In this document: positions 41,143-52,744 of the stretch, piece after piece | Numbering within the stretch: position 1 is the first letter of the stretch | Layout of the letters: the number at the start of each line of letters is the position of its first letter | Assembly: GCA_963826525.1 (NCBI GenBank) | Contig: CAWGXH010000004.1 | Coordinates: forward strand, 1,216,001-1,280,000 | Source of the DNA: an uncultured Methanomicrobiaceae archaeon | Lineage (GTDB): Archaea; Halobacteriota; Methanomicrobia; Methanomicrobiales; Methanoculleaceae | Length of the DNA: 64,000 nucleotides | Direction of reading: 5' to 3' | The notes under the pieces: generated by a model | What the model was told of the DNA's origin: nothing | Databases searched by the model: none | What the model saw: only the letters and a program-made list of their open reading frames with translations | Program-made: the position numbers and the translations under genes

Positions 41143-42468
41143 TGCTCGATAAACTCGGTACCTCGCTGAAAGATGCGGTGAAGAAACTCGCCGGAAAGAC
41201 GGTGATCGATCGGGCGGCGGTCGACGAGCTCGGTGCGCGATCTGCAGCGGGCGCTCCTCCAGTCCGACGTCAACGTCAAACTGGTGATGCAGCTCTCCCA
41301 GTCGATCAAACAGCGCTCTCTCGAGGAGGAGCCGGCGAAGGGAATGGGCGTGCGTGAGCACGTCCTGCGGATCGTCTACCAGGAACTCGTCCGGCTTATG
41401 GGAAGCACCACCGAAGTTACCCTCGGCCCGCAGAAGATCTTGATGGCCGGCCTTCAGGGAAGCGGCAAGACCACGACGACCGCGAAGCTCGCCCGCTACT
41501 TCCAGCGAAAAGGGCTTCGCGTCGGGGTGATCTGTGCCGATACCTTCCGTCCGGGTGCGTACGACCAGATCAAGACCCTCTGTGACCGAATCAACGTCCC
41601 CTGCTTCGGTAACCCGAAGGAGACCGATGCGGAGAAGATCACGCGGGAGGGGCTTGCCGCCTACAAGCAGCTCGAAGTGGTCATCATCGACACCCAGGGT
41701 CGCCACGCGCTTGAAGAGCACCTGATCCAGGAGATCATCAACATCAATACGCTCTCCCGGGCCGACCACCGCTGGCTGGTTATCGATGCGGCGCTCGGCC
41801 AGCAGGCGAGCGAGCAGGCACGCCGGTTCCACGAGGCTATCGGGATCGACGGTGTCATCGTCACCAAGATGGACGGCACGGCAAAGGGTGGCGGTGCGCT
41901 CTCGGCGGTATCCGAGACGAAGAGCGGGATCGTCTTCATCGGAAGCGGGGAGACGATCGAAGACCTCGAGCGGTTCGACCCGGACGGCTTCATCTCGCGG
42001 CTGCTTGGGATGGGCGATCTTCGCGCTCTCGTCGAGCGTGCCGAAGAAGCGGTCTCCGGAGAGGATCTCGACGTCAATGCCATGCTCAAGGGCAAGTTCA
42101 CGCTCCGGGACATGTACAAGCAGCTCGAGGCGCTGAACCGCATGGGGCCGCTGAAGCAGATCATGGGGATGCTGCCGCTCGGTAATCTGCAGATCCCGGA
42201 TGACGCCTACGATATCACCAGTTCCAAGATGGATCGCTACAAGGTGATCATGGACTCCATGACTCCGGACGAACTCGACGATCCGTCGGTCATCAGCAGC
42301 TCCCGCATTCACAGGATTGCCAGAGGTGCGGGTGTCCTGCCGGACGATGTCCGGGAGCTTATAAAATATTACAAGACGATGCAGCGCGCCCTGAAGGGTA
42401 TGCGGGGCATGGGCGGCGGCAAATTCAACATGCAGCGCATGATGAAGAAGTTCGGGCGGACGCAGTGA
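41142..42468 (+). CDS. srp54: Signal recognition particle protein Srp54 (+1 frameshift near 41232)
   Basis: [31 protein letters not shown] and M-domain MDSMT..RIARGAG. Confidence 0.96.
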
Positions 42469-42469
42469 G

Positions 42470-43048
42470 ATGAAGCGATTTGCAATCGTCGGCCATCTCG
42501 CCGCTACTGCCGGCACCTTCAGCCTGAACGATCTGCCCGGCAGCGCCGGAAGGATGGATGTGCTCTGCCGCTGCGTGAACGCGGCACTTTTTCTCTCGCA
42601 CGATCTCCGGGACGACGTCGAGTGTTATCTGATCCTCTGCGGTGAGCCGGGACCCGAAAAGACCGTCCTCTTTGTGGGCGGTGAGGTTCGCTATCTCAGC
42701 CCGGACGAGCGGAGTAGCGCATCGCTCATCAAAAAGGCGCTTGCCCTCCCCTGCGGCGACACATTCCGGGAATCGACCCCGGGCGTCTATGTGAGAAGGG
42801 GCGGGCTTGCACGGCTGCTCGGCGAGCACCCGTTTGCCGTGCTCGCTGAAGAAGGCAGTGACATCAGGCACGAATCGTCGCTGCCGGAGGCGTATCTGCT
42901 GAGCGACCACCGGAACTTTTCGAGCGAAGAGCTGGAACTGATCGCCGGGCGTTCCCGCCATTCGGTCGGGCCAAAGTCGCTCCACGCGGATCATGCAATC
43001 ACTGTCCTCCAGAACGAACTTGATCGGAGGGAACACGGATGGAGATGA
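42470..43048 (+). CDS. trmY: tRNA (pseudouridine54-N1)-methyltransferase
   Basis: FSLNDLPGSAGRMDVLCRC, PDERS, LSDH and SVGPKSLHADH. Confidence 0.94.
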   Translation: MKRFAIVGHLAATAGTFSLNDLPGSAGRMDVLCRCVNAALFLSHDLRDDVECYLILCGEPGPEKTVLFVGGEVRYLSPDERSSASLIKKALALPCGDTFRESTPGVYVRRGGLARLLGEHPFAVLAEEGSDIRHESSLPEAYLLSDHRNFSSEELELIAGRSRHSVGPKSLHADHAITVLQNELDRREHGWR

Positions 43049-44271
43049 CGGAGAAAGTACAGTCGATTCTCGACTACGGAGAGATCTGCGATCACTGCCT
43101 CGGCAGGTTCTTCGGCAAGCGATCGCACGGTCTCTCGAACACAGAGCGTGGCAGAGCACTTAGAATCGCTCACGAAATCGCCGAGAATATCCCTCACACC
43201 GAACCGGTGCCTGAGGCCTGCTGGATCTGTGCAGGCGAATTCGGGATGATCGATATCTGGGCGGAGAAGGTCTCCGAAGCACTCGCCGGGCTCGATTTTG
43301 AGACATTTCTGATCGGCACGAAGGTTCCGCCCCTGATGGCGGAGAGTGAAGAGATGGTCTGGAGCGACCTCGCGCTCCGTGACCCGGAGCCGCTGAAGGC
43401 GGAGATGAATCGTGAGGTGGGCAAGGCGGTCTCTGCCCGGATAGGGAAACCTGCCGACATCTCGAGGCCGGATGTCGTGGCCATCCTTGATCTCGGCGCA
43501 GGGACGGTCGAGGTGCAGATAAACCCGATCTTCATTGCAGGCAGGTACATGAAGTACGAGCGAGGCATCCCCCAGACGCACTGGGACTGCCGGCTCTGCC
43601 GGGGGAAGGGCTGCGAGAAGTGCAACTACACCGGCAAGCAGTATCCCGACTCGGTGGAGGAGCTGATCGGCCGGCCGGTTATCGCTGCGTTCGACGCCGA
43701 GAACGCCGTCCTGCACGGTTCCGGACGGGAGGATATCGATGCCCGGATGCTCGGTACCGGTCGGCCGTTCGTCATGGAGGTCGTCGCACCGCGCCGCCGT
43801 CAGGTCGACCTCGGCGACCTTGAGGAGATCGTGAATACGAGCGCTGAAAACAGGGTCGGCGTGACGTTCTCCGGATGGGCGGATCGTAAGACGGTGCAAA
43901 GCCTTAAATCGGACAAAGCGCATAAAAAATACAGGATCTTGGTCGAGATCGACGGTTCCGTATCGGTAGACGAGCTCGGAACGGCTCTCGATCAACTCAA
44001 AGGTGTGACAATACAGCAGCGCACACCAAAGCGGGTGTCGCACAGACGGGCGGATAAGGTTCGGGAGCGACGGGTCATCGATATCGAATACGGAGGCGCG
44101 GAAGACGACAGGTTTTACATCGACGTTGTCGGCGAAGCAGGCCTCTATATTAAGGAACTGATATCGGGCGACGGCGGACGAACCCGGCCGAGCCTCTCGG
44201 AGATCCTCGGAAGAGACGCACGCGTTACCAGCCTTGATGTGATGCTGGTTGAAACAGGTTATGGTGAGTAG
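43039..44271 (+). CDS. pus10: tRNA pseudouridine(54/55) synthase
   Basis: [28 protein letters not shown] and [16 protein letters not shown]. Confidence 0.96.
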   Translation: MEMTEKVQSILDYGEICDHCLGRFFGKRSHGLSNTERGRALRIAHEIAENIPHTEPVPEACWICAGEFGMIDIWAEKVSEALAGLDFETFLIGTKVPPLMAESEEMVWSDLALRDPEPLKAEMNREVGKAVSARIGKPADISRPDVVAILDLGAGTVEVQINPIFIAGRYMKYERGIPQTHWDCRLCRGKGCEKCNYTGKQYPDSVEELIGRPVIAAFDAENAVLHGSGREDIDARMLGTGRPFVMEVVAPRRRQVDLGDLEEIVNTSAENRVGVTFSGWADRKTVQSLKSDKAHKKYRILVEIDGSVSVDELGTALDQLKGVTIQQRTPKRVSHRRADKVRERRVIDIEYGGAEDDRFYIDVVGEAGLYIKELISGDGGRTRPSLSEILGRDARVTSLDVMLVETGYGE

Positions 44272-44273
44272 GA

Positions 44274-44567
44274 ATGGCACTTCACAACGGACCCAGGAAG
44301 AAGACGAGATATAAACTCAAGAAAGATTTGAGGAAACGCGGGCTTCCGCCTGTCACCTCCGTGATTCAGAACTTCGATGTCGGCCAGAAAGTCCACATCG
44401 TTATCGAGCCTTCTGTTCAGAAGGGTATGCCCCACCACCGGTTCCACGGTAGGACGGGGACGGTCGTCGGTCAGCGTGGCCGGGCGTGGGTTCTCGAGAT
44501 CCGCGACGGAAACTGCACCAAAATGGTAATCGCACGACCGCAACATCTAAAGGCACAAAACGTATAA
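44274..44567 (+). CDS. rpl21e: 50S ribosomal protein L21e
   Basis: [12 protein letters not shown] and RPQHL. Confidence 0.97.
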   Translation: MALHNGPRKKTRYKLKKDLRKRGLPPVTSVIQNFDVGQKVHIVIEPSVQKGMPHHRFHGRTGTVVGQRGRAWVLEIRDGNCTKMVIARPQHLKAQNV

Positions 44568-44586
44568 TCTCCATCAAGTGATTGGC

Positions 44587-44938
44587 ATGAAAGTAAAAAG
44601 AGTTGTGAGCGAAGAGCGAATCCTGCTTTCCGAAGGTACGTGAGATTCTGCTTGAAGTGGAAACCGGACGACTTGCTGCAGGAGAGGAGATGTCCTATGA
44701 ACTTCGCAAGAGCATCGAGCATGCCAATCATCTCTCAAAGACCTCGGCCGAGAAGGCAAAGGCGCTCCTTGCCGAGCTCCTGAAACTTGAGAAGATGAAG
44801 GAGGAGATTGCGTTCCGCATCGCCAACCTCATGCCTCGAACGCGGGACGAACTGCGTGCCATCTATGCAAAAGAACGTTTCACCCTGACACCGGAAGAAC
44901 TCGACGAAATTCTGGACCTGGTAATGACCCACTTCTAG
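44587..44938 (+). CDS. rpoF: RNA polymerase subunit Rpo4/F (+1 frameshift near 44636)
   Basis: MSYELRKSIEH...RIANLMPRTRDELRAIYAKE; conserved position after rpl21e. Confidence 0.92.
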
Positions 44939-44950
44939 GAGAGGGCGCCT

Positions 44951-45514
44951 GTGAAAACCGACAAGAAAGAGGTCAACGCATTAGTGATTGACATCCTTCC
45001 GAAAGGGTATGTGAACGATCCCCGTCCGGTCTACAAGCGCGAGCCGGTTGTTCTGGCCGTCGGTACGGACCAGTTCAAGCTGCTCGAGCTTGTGTCGAAG
45101 CCGGGTGTCGATATTCAGATCCACGATCAGGTATACATCGGCGACTCTGAGCGTGAGAAGATCGAGCGTGTCAAGAAGCGTATCGGGTATGAGGAACTGA
45201 CCCATACGGCAAAGATCGAACTGCCGTATGCCGTCGAGACGATCGTCCAGGAGCAGGAAGAGCGGTTCGTCGAGTTCTTCAACAAATCAATCTCCATCAC
45301 GCCGAAGCTCCATATGCTTCATCTCCTCCCCGGTATCGGCAAGAAGCTGATGTGGGAAGTGATCGAACAGCGGAACAGAAAGCCGTTCGAGAGTTTCGCC
45401 GACATCAGCCAGCGGATCAAGTCGATGCCTCATCCCGACAAGATGATCGTCAACCGCATCCTGCACGAGATCGAGGATCCCGAGGAAAAATACCACCTCT
45501 TCACGACGAAATGA
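44951..45514 (+). CDS. DUF655 family putative RNA-binding protein
   Basis: FKLLEL, FVEFFN, LLPGIGKK and PFESFADI. Confidence 0.92.
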   Translation: MKTDKKEVNALVIDILPKGYVNDPRPVYKREPVVLAVGTDQFKLLELVSKPGVDIQIHDQVYIGDSEREKIERVKKRIGYEELTHTAKIELPYAVETIVQEQEERFVEFFNKSISITPKLHMLHLLPGIGKKLMWEVIEQRNRKPFESFADISQRIKSMPHPDKMIVNRILHEIEDPEEKYHLFTTK

Positions 45515-46275
45515 GCGCTCCGAAAGACCAACATTTTCTCGTCGATACCCGGGCGATCGAGAGGATCGCTGGCTTCGTCGACGTCTCCGGCCGCCGGGTG
45601 CTTGAGATTGGGCCCGGTGAAGGACCGCTCACCCGTGCGCTCCTCGAACGGGGTGCGACGGTCATTGCGGTCGAGCTCGATCGTGCCCTCTGCGAGGAAC
45701 TGGAACTCTCTTTTGCCGATGAGATCGAGGAGGGAAGGCTCCACCTCATCCGGGGCGATGCGACACGCGTCGACCTTCCGCCCTTCGAGATGGTAGTTGC
45801 CAATCTTCCCTACTCCGCTTCGTCGAAGATAACCTTCCGCCTGCTCGAGATCGGTTTTGAGGTTGCCGTACTGATGTATCAGAAGGAGTTTGCCCAGCGG
45901 ATGATCGCGAGGCCCGGGACGCCCGCGGTCGGCCGCCTCTCGGTGATGGTGCAGACCTATGCGACGGTAAAACCGCTTCTCGAGCTCCCGCCGAGCGCAT
46001 TTCGACCAAAGCCACAGGTGCGGTCGTGGGTGGTGAAGGTAACTCCGCACGAGCCGCCGTATCCCATCAATGACCGGGACGCCTACGCCGATCTGCTCCG
46101 GGTGCTCTTCTCGCACCGCCGCAAGACGATCCGAAAAGGCCTTCGGAGCGGGAAAGGCACCTTCGATGCGGAGACGATCGAGCGGGTGATTGCAGACCTG
46201 CCGGAAGATCTGCTCGGGCGCCGCCCCGAAGAGCTCTCGCTTGAGGAGTTCGCGATGATAGCGAACCTGATCTGA
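45511..46275 (+). CDS. rsmA: 16S rRNA adenine dimethyltransferase
   Basis: DQHFL, LEIGPGEG, ANLPY, QKEFA and FSHRRK. Confidence 0.96.
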   Translation: MSAPKDQHFLVDTRAIERIAGFVDVSGRRVLEIGPGEGPLTRALLERGATVIAVELDRALCEELELSFADEIEEGRLHLIRGDATRVDLPPFEMVVANLPYSASSKITFRLLEIGFEVAVLMYQKEFAQRMIARPGTPAVGRLSVMVQTYATVKPLLELPPSAFRPKPQVRSWVVKVTPHEPPYPINDRDAYADLLRVLFSHRRKTIRKGLRSGKGTFDAETIERVIADLPEDLLGRRPEELSLEEFAMIANLI

Positions 46276-46290
46276 ACGGGATATGCGGAT

Positions 46291-46861
46291 ATGGACGACC
46301 AGGTCTACCAGCCCGAAGCCGATACCTGCCTGCTGCTCAGGGCGGCACAAAGAGAGGTTCGCCCGGGCGATCGGGTGCTCGAGGTCGGCACCGGCAGCGG
46401 CCGGGTTGCCGCCGGGCTTATCGGGTCTGGGGGGAGTGTTACCGCAACCGATATCAACCCGTATGCCGTGCTCGCCGCCCGCTCGTGCGGTGTCGAGACG
46501 GTGCGATGCGATCTCGCCGCCGGTCTTGCCGGACCGTTCGATCTCGTCGTTTTCAACCCGCCCTATCTGCCGACGTCGCCGGAGGAGCGTATAGACGACT
46601 GGCTTGAGTATGCCCTCGATGGAGGGCCGGACGGGAGAAGGGTGATCGAGCGGTTCATCCGTGATCTCGACCGCATCTTATCGCCGTACGGGCGAGTCCT
46701 GCTGCTCGTCTCCTCGCTTACGGATCCTGATGCAGTACCGGAAGATCTTCGCCGCTCACGGGTTCGTATCGTTCATCGTCGACGAAGAAAGCCTTGAGGG
46801 GGAGATGCTGTACGTGCTCCGGGCAACACGGGACCTCTGCCGGGTCACCGCAATCGGTTGA
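46291..46861 (+). CDS. HemK2/MTQ2 family methyltransferase (+1 frameshift near 46738)
   Basis: VYQPEADT, LEVGTGSG, FNPPYLP and GGPDGR. Confidence 0.9.
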
Positions 46862-47480
46862 TGGTGCTTAAGACTCCGAGGAGTGTGGGAGTGTTCTCCT
46901 GCACCGAACGGAGCATCCTCATGCGTTCACTCAGATTCTCCGCCGTCATACATTCGTAAAAGACACAGTAGGCGAAGAATCCGTGGATTTTATGCGCCGG
47001 GAGCGGGTCGTTCTCCGCGGTGATGCTGTTTTTGTCGAAGGTATACTCAGGCTCGGTTATGATCCTATCCCAGCCTGCGATGATCCCGGTGATGTTTGGG
47101 TGTTTTAACGAGAGTTCGAAGAAAAGGGGGGATGTCTGGAGCAGATCGCAGGCCTCGCTCCGGAGTTCGTCGTCGACGATTGAAAGGCGGCTCCGGGCGA
47201 TGGTATCGAGCACCCGTGGCGTCTTCTGGAGCTCTGTCCGGAGATTCGGATACTCGAGCCACAACCGGGAAAAGATATCGGGATCGGGAGATATCCGATA
47301 CACCGCGGAGTCCGTATCCTCTGCAGCATCGGATATGATATCTCCGCTGTGTATGAGACCGTCGAGGATCTCTCTGATCCGGCCGTCATCGGCGGAGCGA
47401 CCGGCTGCAATCATCTCCTGTTTTGAGAGTTCGCCGCTCTCTAATAGGTGCCGAAAAATGTTCTCCGTGATTCCCGCCAT
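46845..47480 (-). CDS. Hypothetical protein with possible N-terminal winged-helix domain
   Basis: IFRHLLESGELSKQEM...IREILDGLIHSGDI...VYRI resembles a wHTH pattern. Confidence 0.55.
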   Translation of the reverse strand: MAGITENIFRHLLESGELSKQEMIAAGRSADDGRIREILDGLIHSGDIISDAAEDTDSAVYRISPDPDIFSRLWLEYPNLRTELQKTPRVLDTIARSRLSIVDDELRSEACDLLQTSPLFFELSLKHPNITGIIAGWDRIITEPEYTFDKNSITAENDPLPAHKIHGFFAYCVFYECMTAENLSERMRMLRSVQENTPTLLGVLSTINRLR

Positions 47481-47868
47481 GCCCTCTCCTCAACGGTGCA
47501 TATTCGTATCTGCCATTGGTGCTTCCCTGCGATATCTCTTCTGGAATGATTATTTCGGAAAACGACTCTGATGGTAAACTTTGGTTGCAATTCTCTAGGT
47601 TTTTGGAAATATTGTTCATTCTTCCTTCTTCATTCCTGAGTATTATTTCTCCGATCAGGATCGCCACGCACATGGCATCCGAGGGTGTTCGCGCGTTCTG
47701 CCACAACGATGGGCCGGGGAAAGGTAGGCTCACCCTCGGGGTCAGGAACGAAGCAGACCCCTCTTCCGGCTCGAATCGGAAGACGGATGGGAGACAGATC
47801 TGCGATAAGGTTTAAGGTGCCTGCCAGTAGTAGGGATGAGCCACACCGGGGCTCGCCGGGAGACTTGC

Positions 47869-50800
47869 ATGGAGGTACCAGGAGTGAGTGAATCGAGAGT
47901 GCGGGAACGCCGCGCACTCTGCGGCATCTGTGCTGCAGGCTGCGGCGTCATCGTTACCTACGACGACGAAGGAAGGATAGCCGGTGTGCGGCCGGATGAG
48001 AACTCTGAGATTGGGATCCTCTGCAAACTGGGCGAGCATACGCCGGAGATCGTCTACTCGCAAGACCGGGTGCTCCACCCGTTAAAGCGGGTAGGTCCGA
48101 AGGGGACGTACGAGTTTGAACGGATCTCGTGGGACGAGGCATATGCGATCATCGTGCAGAACCTCACCCGGATCAAGGAAGAGCACGGGCCGAAGGCCGC
48201 TGCAATTTACACCGGCTCGGGCAGTTTCGAACTCTCGCACTGCGACGTATTCCAGCCGAAAGACGTAGCAGTCTCCTCGGCGTCGAGCGTGCTCTTTCCC
48301 TACGGCTCCCCGAACACCATGGGCGTCGGCGCCCTCTGTTACGTTTCGTTCGCGATGATAGCCCCCCACGTCACCATGGGAAGGCTCCACATCAACACCT
48401 ACTCCGATTTTGAGAACGCCGATCTCATCGTGGTCTGGGGTACAAATCCCGCCACCGATTTCCCGCCTCTGACCCTCCGGAAGATCCTGGCGGCGAAAAA
48501 CCGCGGTGCCGAGGTCGTCGTCATCGATCCCCGTCGGACGAAGACCGTCGATCTTGCCGGTGCGGAGTGGGTGCCGATCCGTCCGGGCACCGACGGGGCA
48601 CTCGCACTCGGGCTCTGCAATGTCCTGATCGGGGAGGAACTCTACGACGAGGAGTTTGTCCGGAACTGGACACACGGTTTTCCGGAGTTTACCGCCTACG
48701 TCCAGCACTTCCGGCCGGAGGTCGTGGAGGAGATCACCGGCGTGCCTGCAGAGACCGTTCTCTCGCTCGCCCGGCGGATAACTGCGGCGGACGGCGCGAC
48801 GTGGGCGATGTACACCGGGCTTGAGTACAGCGACTCCGGTGTGCAGGCGATCCGGGCCGCCATCGTCCTCTGGGCGCTCGCCGGCAAGATGGACGTTCCC
48901 GGCGGCCGCTGCTTCTCGATGCTCGAGAATACCTTCCCCATCAATCGTTCGGAGTACCTGGCAGAATCCGGATCTGAACCGGGCGATAGGGGTCGACCGG
49001 TTCCCGGTCTATACGACATACCGGCAGGAGGCGCACCCGATCGCCCTCCCCGAATCCGTCCTGCACGGAAGACCCTACAGAATACGGGCTCTGATCATCC
49101 AGGCCGGGCACCTCCTGATTTCCTGGCCGGAGACTCCGCTCTGGCGCGAGACGCTGGAGAACCTGGAGTTCCTTGTCTGCGTCGACCGTACCCTCACTGC
49201 CGATGCGGCGTACGCCGATCTCGTGCTCCCGGCGACGACGATGTACGAGCGTGAGTCGTATATGACCTACGGTCCTCTCTTCCGGATCCGCGAAAGGGTC
49301 ATCGAGCCACTCGGCGAGGCGCGGCACGATGTCTTCATCATGGCAGAACTTGCCCGGCGCCTCGGGTACGGTCACCTCTATCCGCAGGACGAGGAGGCGA
49401 TGCTCCGGCACGTTCTGAAGGGCTCAGGGTTCAGCCTTGAGGACGTTCGGGAGGCCGGCGGGTCGGTGCAGTCGCCGACGGTGATGATGCAGTACAAAAA
49501 GTGGGAGAAGGGTCTTCTCCGGCCGGACGGAATGCCCGGGTTCGATACGCCGACGGGGAAGTTTGAGATCTGGTCGACGATCCTCGAGGAGTCCGGCTAC
49601 GACCCGCTTCCGGTCTACACGGAACCGCAGGAGAGCCCGGTCTCCAGGCCCGATGTTGCGGAGACGTATCCATTGATCTTCAACTCCGGTGCCCGGGTGA
49701 CGACCGATTTTCATGCACAGCACCACGGAGTAGAAGGCCTGCTCCGGGAGCGTCCCGAACCGACAGTGACGCTCAATACCCGCGATGCGGAGGAGCGCGG
49801 GATCAAAACCGGCGATCGGGTCTCTGTCAGAACGCTGCGTGGGCGGATTCCCCTCCGGGCGATCGTCACCGACGATATCGTTCAGGGTGCCGTGGAGGCG
49901 AATATGGGCGGCGGGTGCCACGTCGGGCCGAAGGCCTGGCAGGAGGGAAACGTCAACGAGCTGACCGATATGCAGCGTTACGATCCCATCTCCGGTTTTC
50001 CCGTCTACAAGGTGCTCCTCTGCGATGTAACCCGGATGGACAGTCCTGCCGGGGAGACGGTCGCCATCGGTTCGGGTGAGCTCGACGCTCCCCGGGACCT
50101 GCCGTCGGCCGCCGCCCCTGAGATTGCCCGGATCTACCTCGACCACAATGCCACGACCCCAATCGATCCCGCGGTCTGGCAGACGATGGTCGCTTTCGGT
50201 GAGGCGAACTACGCCAACCCGTCGAGCATCTACCGGGAAGGCAAGGCGGCAAAAAGAGCAGTGGAGGATACCCGGCGTATGCTCGCCCGGCTCCTTGGCT
50301 GCACGGCAAAACGGATCGTCTTTACCGGGTGCTGCACCGAGGCGAATAACTTCCTCATCAAGGGGCTGGCGTTCGCCTCCCGGGATGGTGAGAGAAAGCA
50401 CCTCATCACCTCGTCGGTCGAGCATTCGTCGGTGCTCGAACCTATCCGGTGGCTCAAGAAGTTCGGGTTTACCGTGACCGAGCTTCCCGTCGATCCGACC
50501 GGGCGCGTCAGTCCCGGTGATCTCGCGGAGGCGATCACGGCGGAGACGCTGCTCGTCAGTATCATGACGGCGAACAACGAGACCGGTTCGATCCAGCCGA
50601 TCCGCGAACTCGCCCGCGTAGCGCACGAGAACGGGGCACTCTTCCACACGGACGCGACGCAGGCGATAGGAAAGATCCCGGTCGACGTCGCCGACCTGGA
50701 CGTCGACTTCCTCAGCCTCTCGGGCCACAAAATCTACGGGCCGAAGGGGGTCGGTGCTCTGTACATTCGCAAGGGGATCGAGATCGATCCGCTCCTTCAC

Positions 50801-51286
50801 GGGGGCGAACAGGAGCGAGGCCTGCGTGCCGGCACGGAGAACGTGCTCGGGATCGTCGGGCTCGGCCGGGCGGCGGAGCTTGCCGGGCAGCACCTTGCCG
50901 GGATGGAGGAGGTCAGGCGGCTCCGTGACCGTCTTGAAGACGGCATACGGGCACTTGTTCCCGAAGCACGGTTGAACGGGCATCCGACGCAGCGCCTCCC
51001 GAATACGGTTAATATGACGCTCCCCGGCTATCGGGGGGAGTCGGTGGTGCTCGCCCTCGACCAGCAGGGGATCTGCATCTCCTCCGGCTCGGCGTGCCAC
51101 TCGGGGTCGCCGGCACCGTCGCACGTGCTGCGTGCGATGGGTCTCTCAGACGAGGAGGTTCACTGCTCGGTGCGGATCTCTCTCGGTGCCGGGACGACTG
51201 AAGAGGAGGTCGATCGGACGCTTGCGGTTCTGGACGAGACGCTTCATAACCGGGAGGCGGCCGTCCGGTTCGTGACCTGCCGGTAG
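47869..51286 (+). CDS. Metallopterin oxidoreductase-cysteine desulfurase fusion; probable metallopterin-dependent ergothioneine synthase (+1 frameshift near 48961)
   Basis: 4Fe-4S motif CGICAAGC..LC; VVIDPRRT, IRPGTDGALA, ADLVLPATT; then YLDHNATT, SGHK (PLP lysine), RAGTEN, SSGSAC and C-terminal RFVTCR. Confidence 0.85.
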
Positions 51287-51625
51287 GGAGGTTCCCTCTC
51301 TCTCCTCGCATACAGGCCGGGCAGGCTCCCGGAAAGTCTTCCGTTTATCTGCCCGGGAGCCGTGAGCGTATGCCGGGTTCTTCGGTATACCGGGCGCAGA
51401 CTTCTCTGCCGTTCCCCGCAATGTTTTTATTGCATTGGCAGGATCGATTCGGTTCTATGGCGTATTCTGACAGGGCATGTGAAAGGCTGCAGGAGGACAG
51501 ATCGGTGGATAGCCCGTCCCGGGCGCCCTCGTACGGGCAGGGTGTTCGTATGAACGCCGCCCCCGGAGTGCTCTGTTCGCAGGTGTCACAGGCCCGCCTT
51601 CCGGTTCCGGACGGTCGGAACGACG

Positions 51626-52664
51626 ATGTCTCACGCCACTGGTGCGGAACCTGCGGAGTGTCCGGAGATGCAGACCGGTGGCGGCGAGGAGTCGAGGCTT
51701 GAAGTCAGGAACTATCTCACCCGCTCGTTCTCCGAGGAGATTGCCCGCGACGTCCGTCTCGGCCTATCCGGCGACCAAAAGCGGATCCCGAGCAAATACT
51801 TCTACGACGAGCGGGGTTCGCGGCTCTTTGAAGAGATCTGCATGCTCCCCGAGTATTACCCCACCCGAACCGAGATGGCCATCCTGCAGGAGTACGCCCC
51901 GGCGATCATGGAGCCGTTTGCCGGCGGCGATCTCGTGGAGATGGGGTCGGGAGCTAACTGGAAGATCTGCCATCTGATCGATGCTGCAGAGCAGGCGGAC
52001 GGTCGCGGCATACGCTATGTCCCGGTCGATGTGAGTGAGTCTGCTCTTCGAACGGCTGCCCTTGGATCTGATCCGGCGGTATGACGCTCTCTCCGTCCTC
52101 GGGATCGTCGCCGACTTTACCCGCGACCTCGATCGCATACCGGATGACAATACCCGGATCATAAGCCTCTTCGGCGGAACGCTCGGTAACTTCACCGAGA
52201 CGGAGTCCGAACGCCTGCTCGGGATGGTCGCCGGGCTCATGCACCCGGGCGACCGGTTCCTCCTCGGCCTCGATATGGTGAAGGATATACCGGTTCTCGA
52301 GGCGGCGTACAACGACTCCCGGGGAGTGACCGCTGCGTTTAACCGGAACATCTTAAACGTCGTCAACCAGGAACTCAACGCCGACTTCGATTGCTCCCTC
52401 TTCGATCACGTTGCGTTCTTCAACAGCGAAGCGGAACAGATCGAGATGTACCTTGCGGCACAGCAGGCAGTGACCGTCGATATCGGGCTCCTCGATATGA
52501 CGGTGGAGTTCCGGGAGGGCGAGACGATTCATACCGAGATATCCCGCAAGTTCAGCAGAGAGAGTGCTATGCGGCTCTTCGACCGGGCAGGCCTTGCGGC
52601 GGAACGCTGGTTCACCGACGACGCCGGATGGTTCTCGCTCGTTGAGCTCGCCGGAAGCGACTGA
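51626..52664 (+). CDS. egtD: L-histidine N-alpha-methyltransferase, EgtD/EanA type (+1 frameshift near 52063)
   Basis: SKYFYDERGSRLFEEIC.LPEYYPTRTE, EMGSG, YVPVDVS, TLGNF, AYNDSRGVTAAFN and IHTEISRKF. Confidence 0.92.
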
Positions 52665-52744
52665 TTCCCTCTCGCGGAGTTCGTCCGGCCGGGTGCCGGG
52701 ACACCATTTTATACTCCGGTTCCCTTCACGGATTCCGGGGAACT

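Noticed and set aside
40303-42516. Long antisense ORFs (also 10573..12330, 49424..51124, 9307..10407, 42991..44280)
   Set aside because: These are shadow frames of high-GC housekeeping genes and carry no recognisable motifs.
47679-47783. Three stems upstream of the MES gene as a Moco/Wco riboswitch or SRP RNA fragment
   Set aside because: The stems are real (CCGAGGGTG/CACCCTCGG, GGGGTC/GACCCC, TCTTCCG/CGGAAGA). However, the Moco CCUCCC..GGAAAGG core and the full SRP helix-8 motif are absent, and a TATA-like box lies downstream, so the stems are probably outside the MES transcript.
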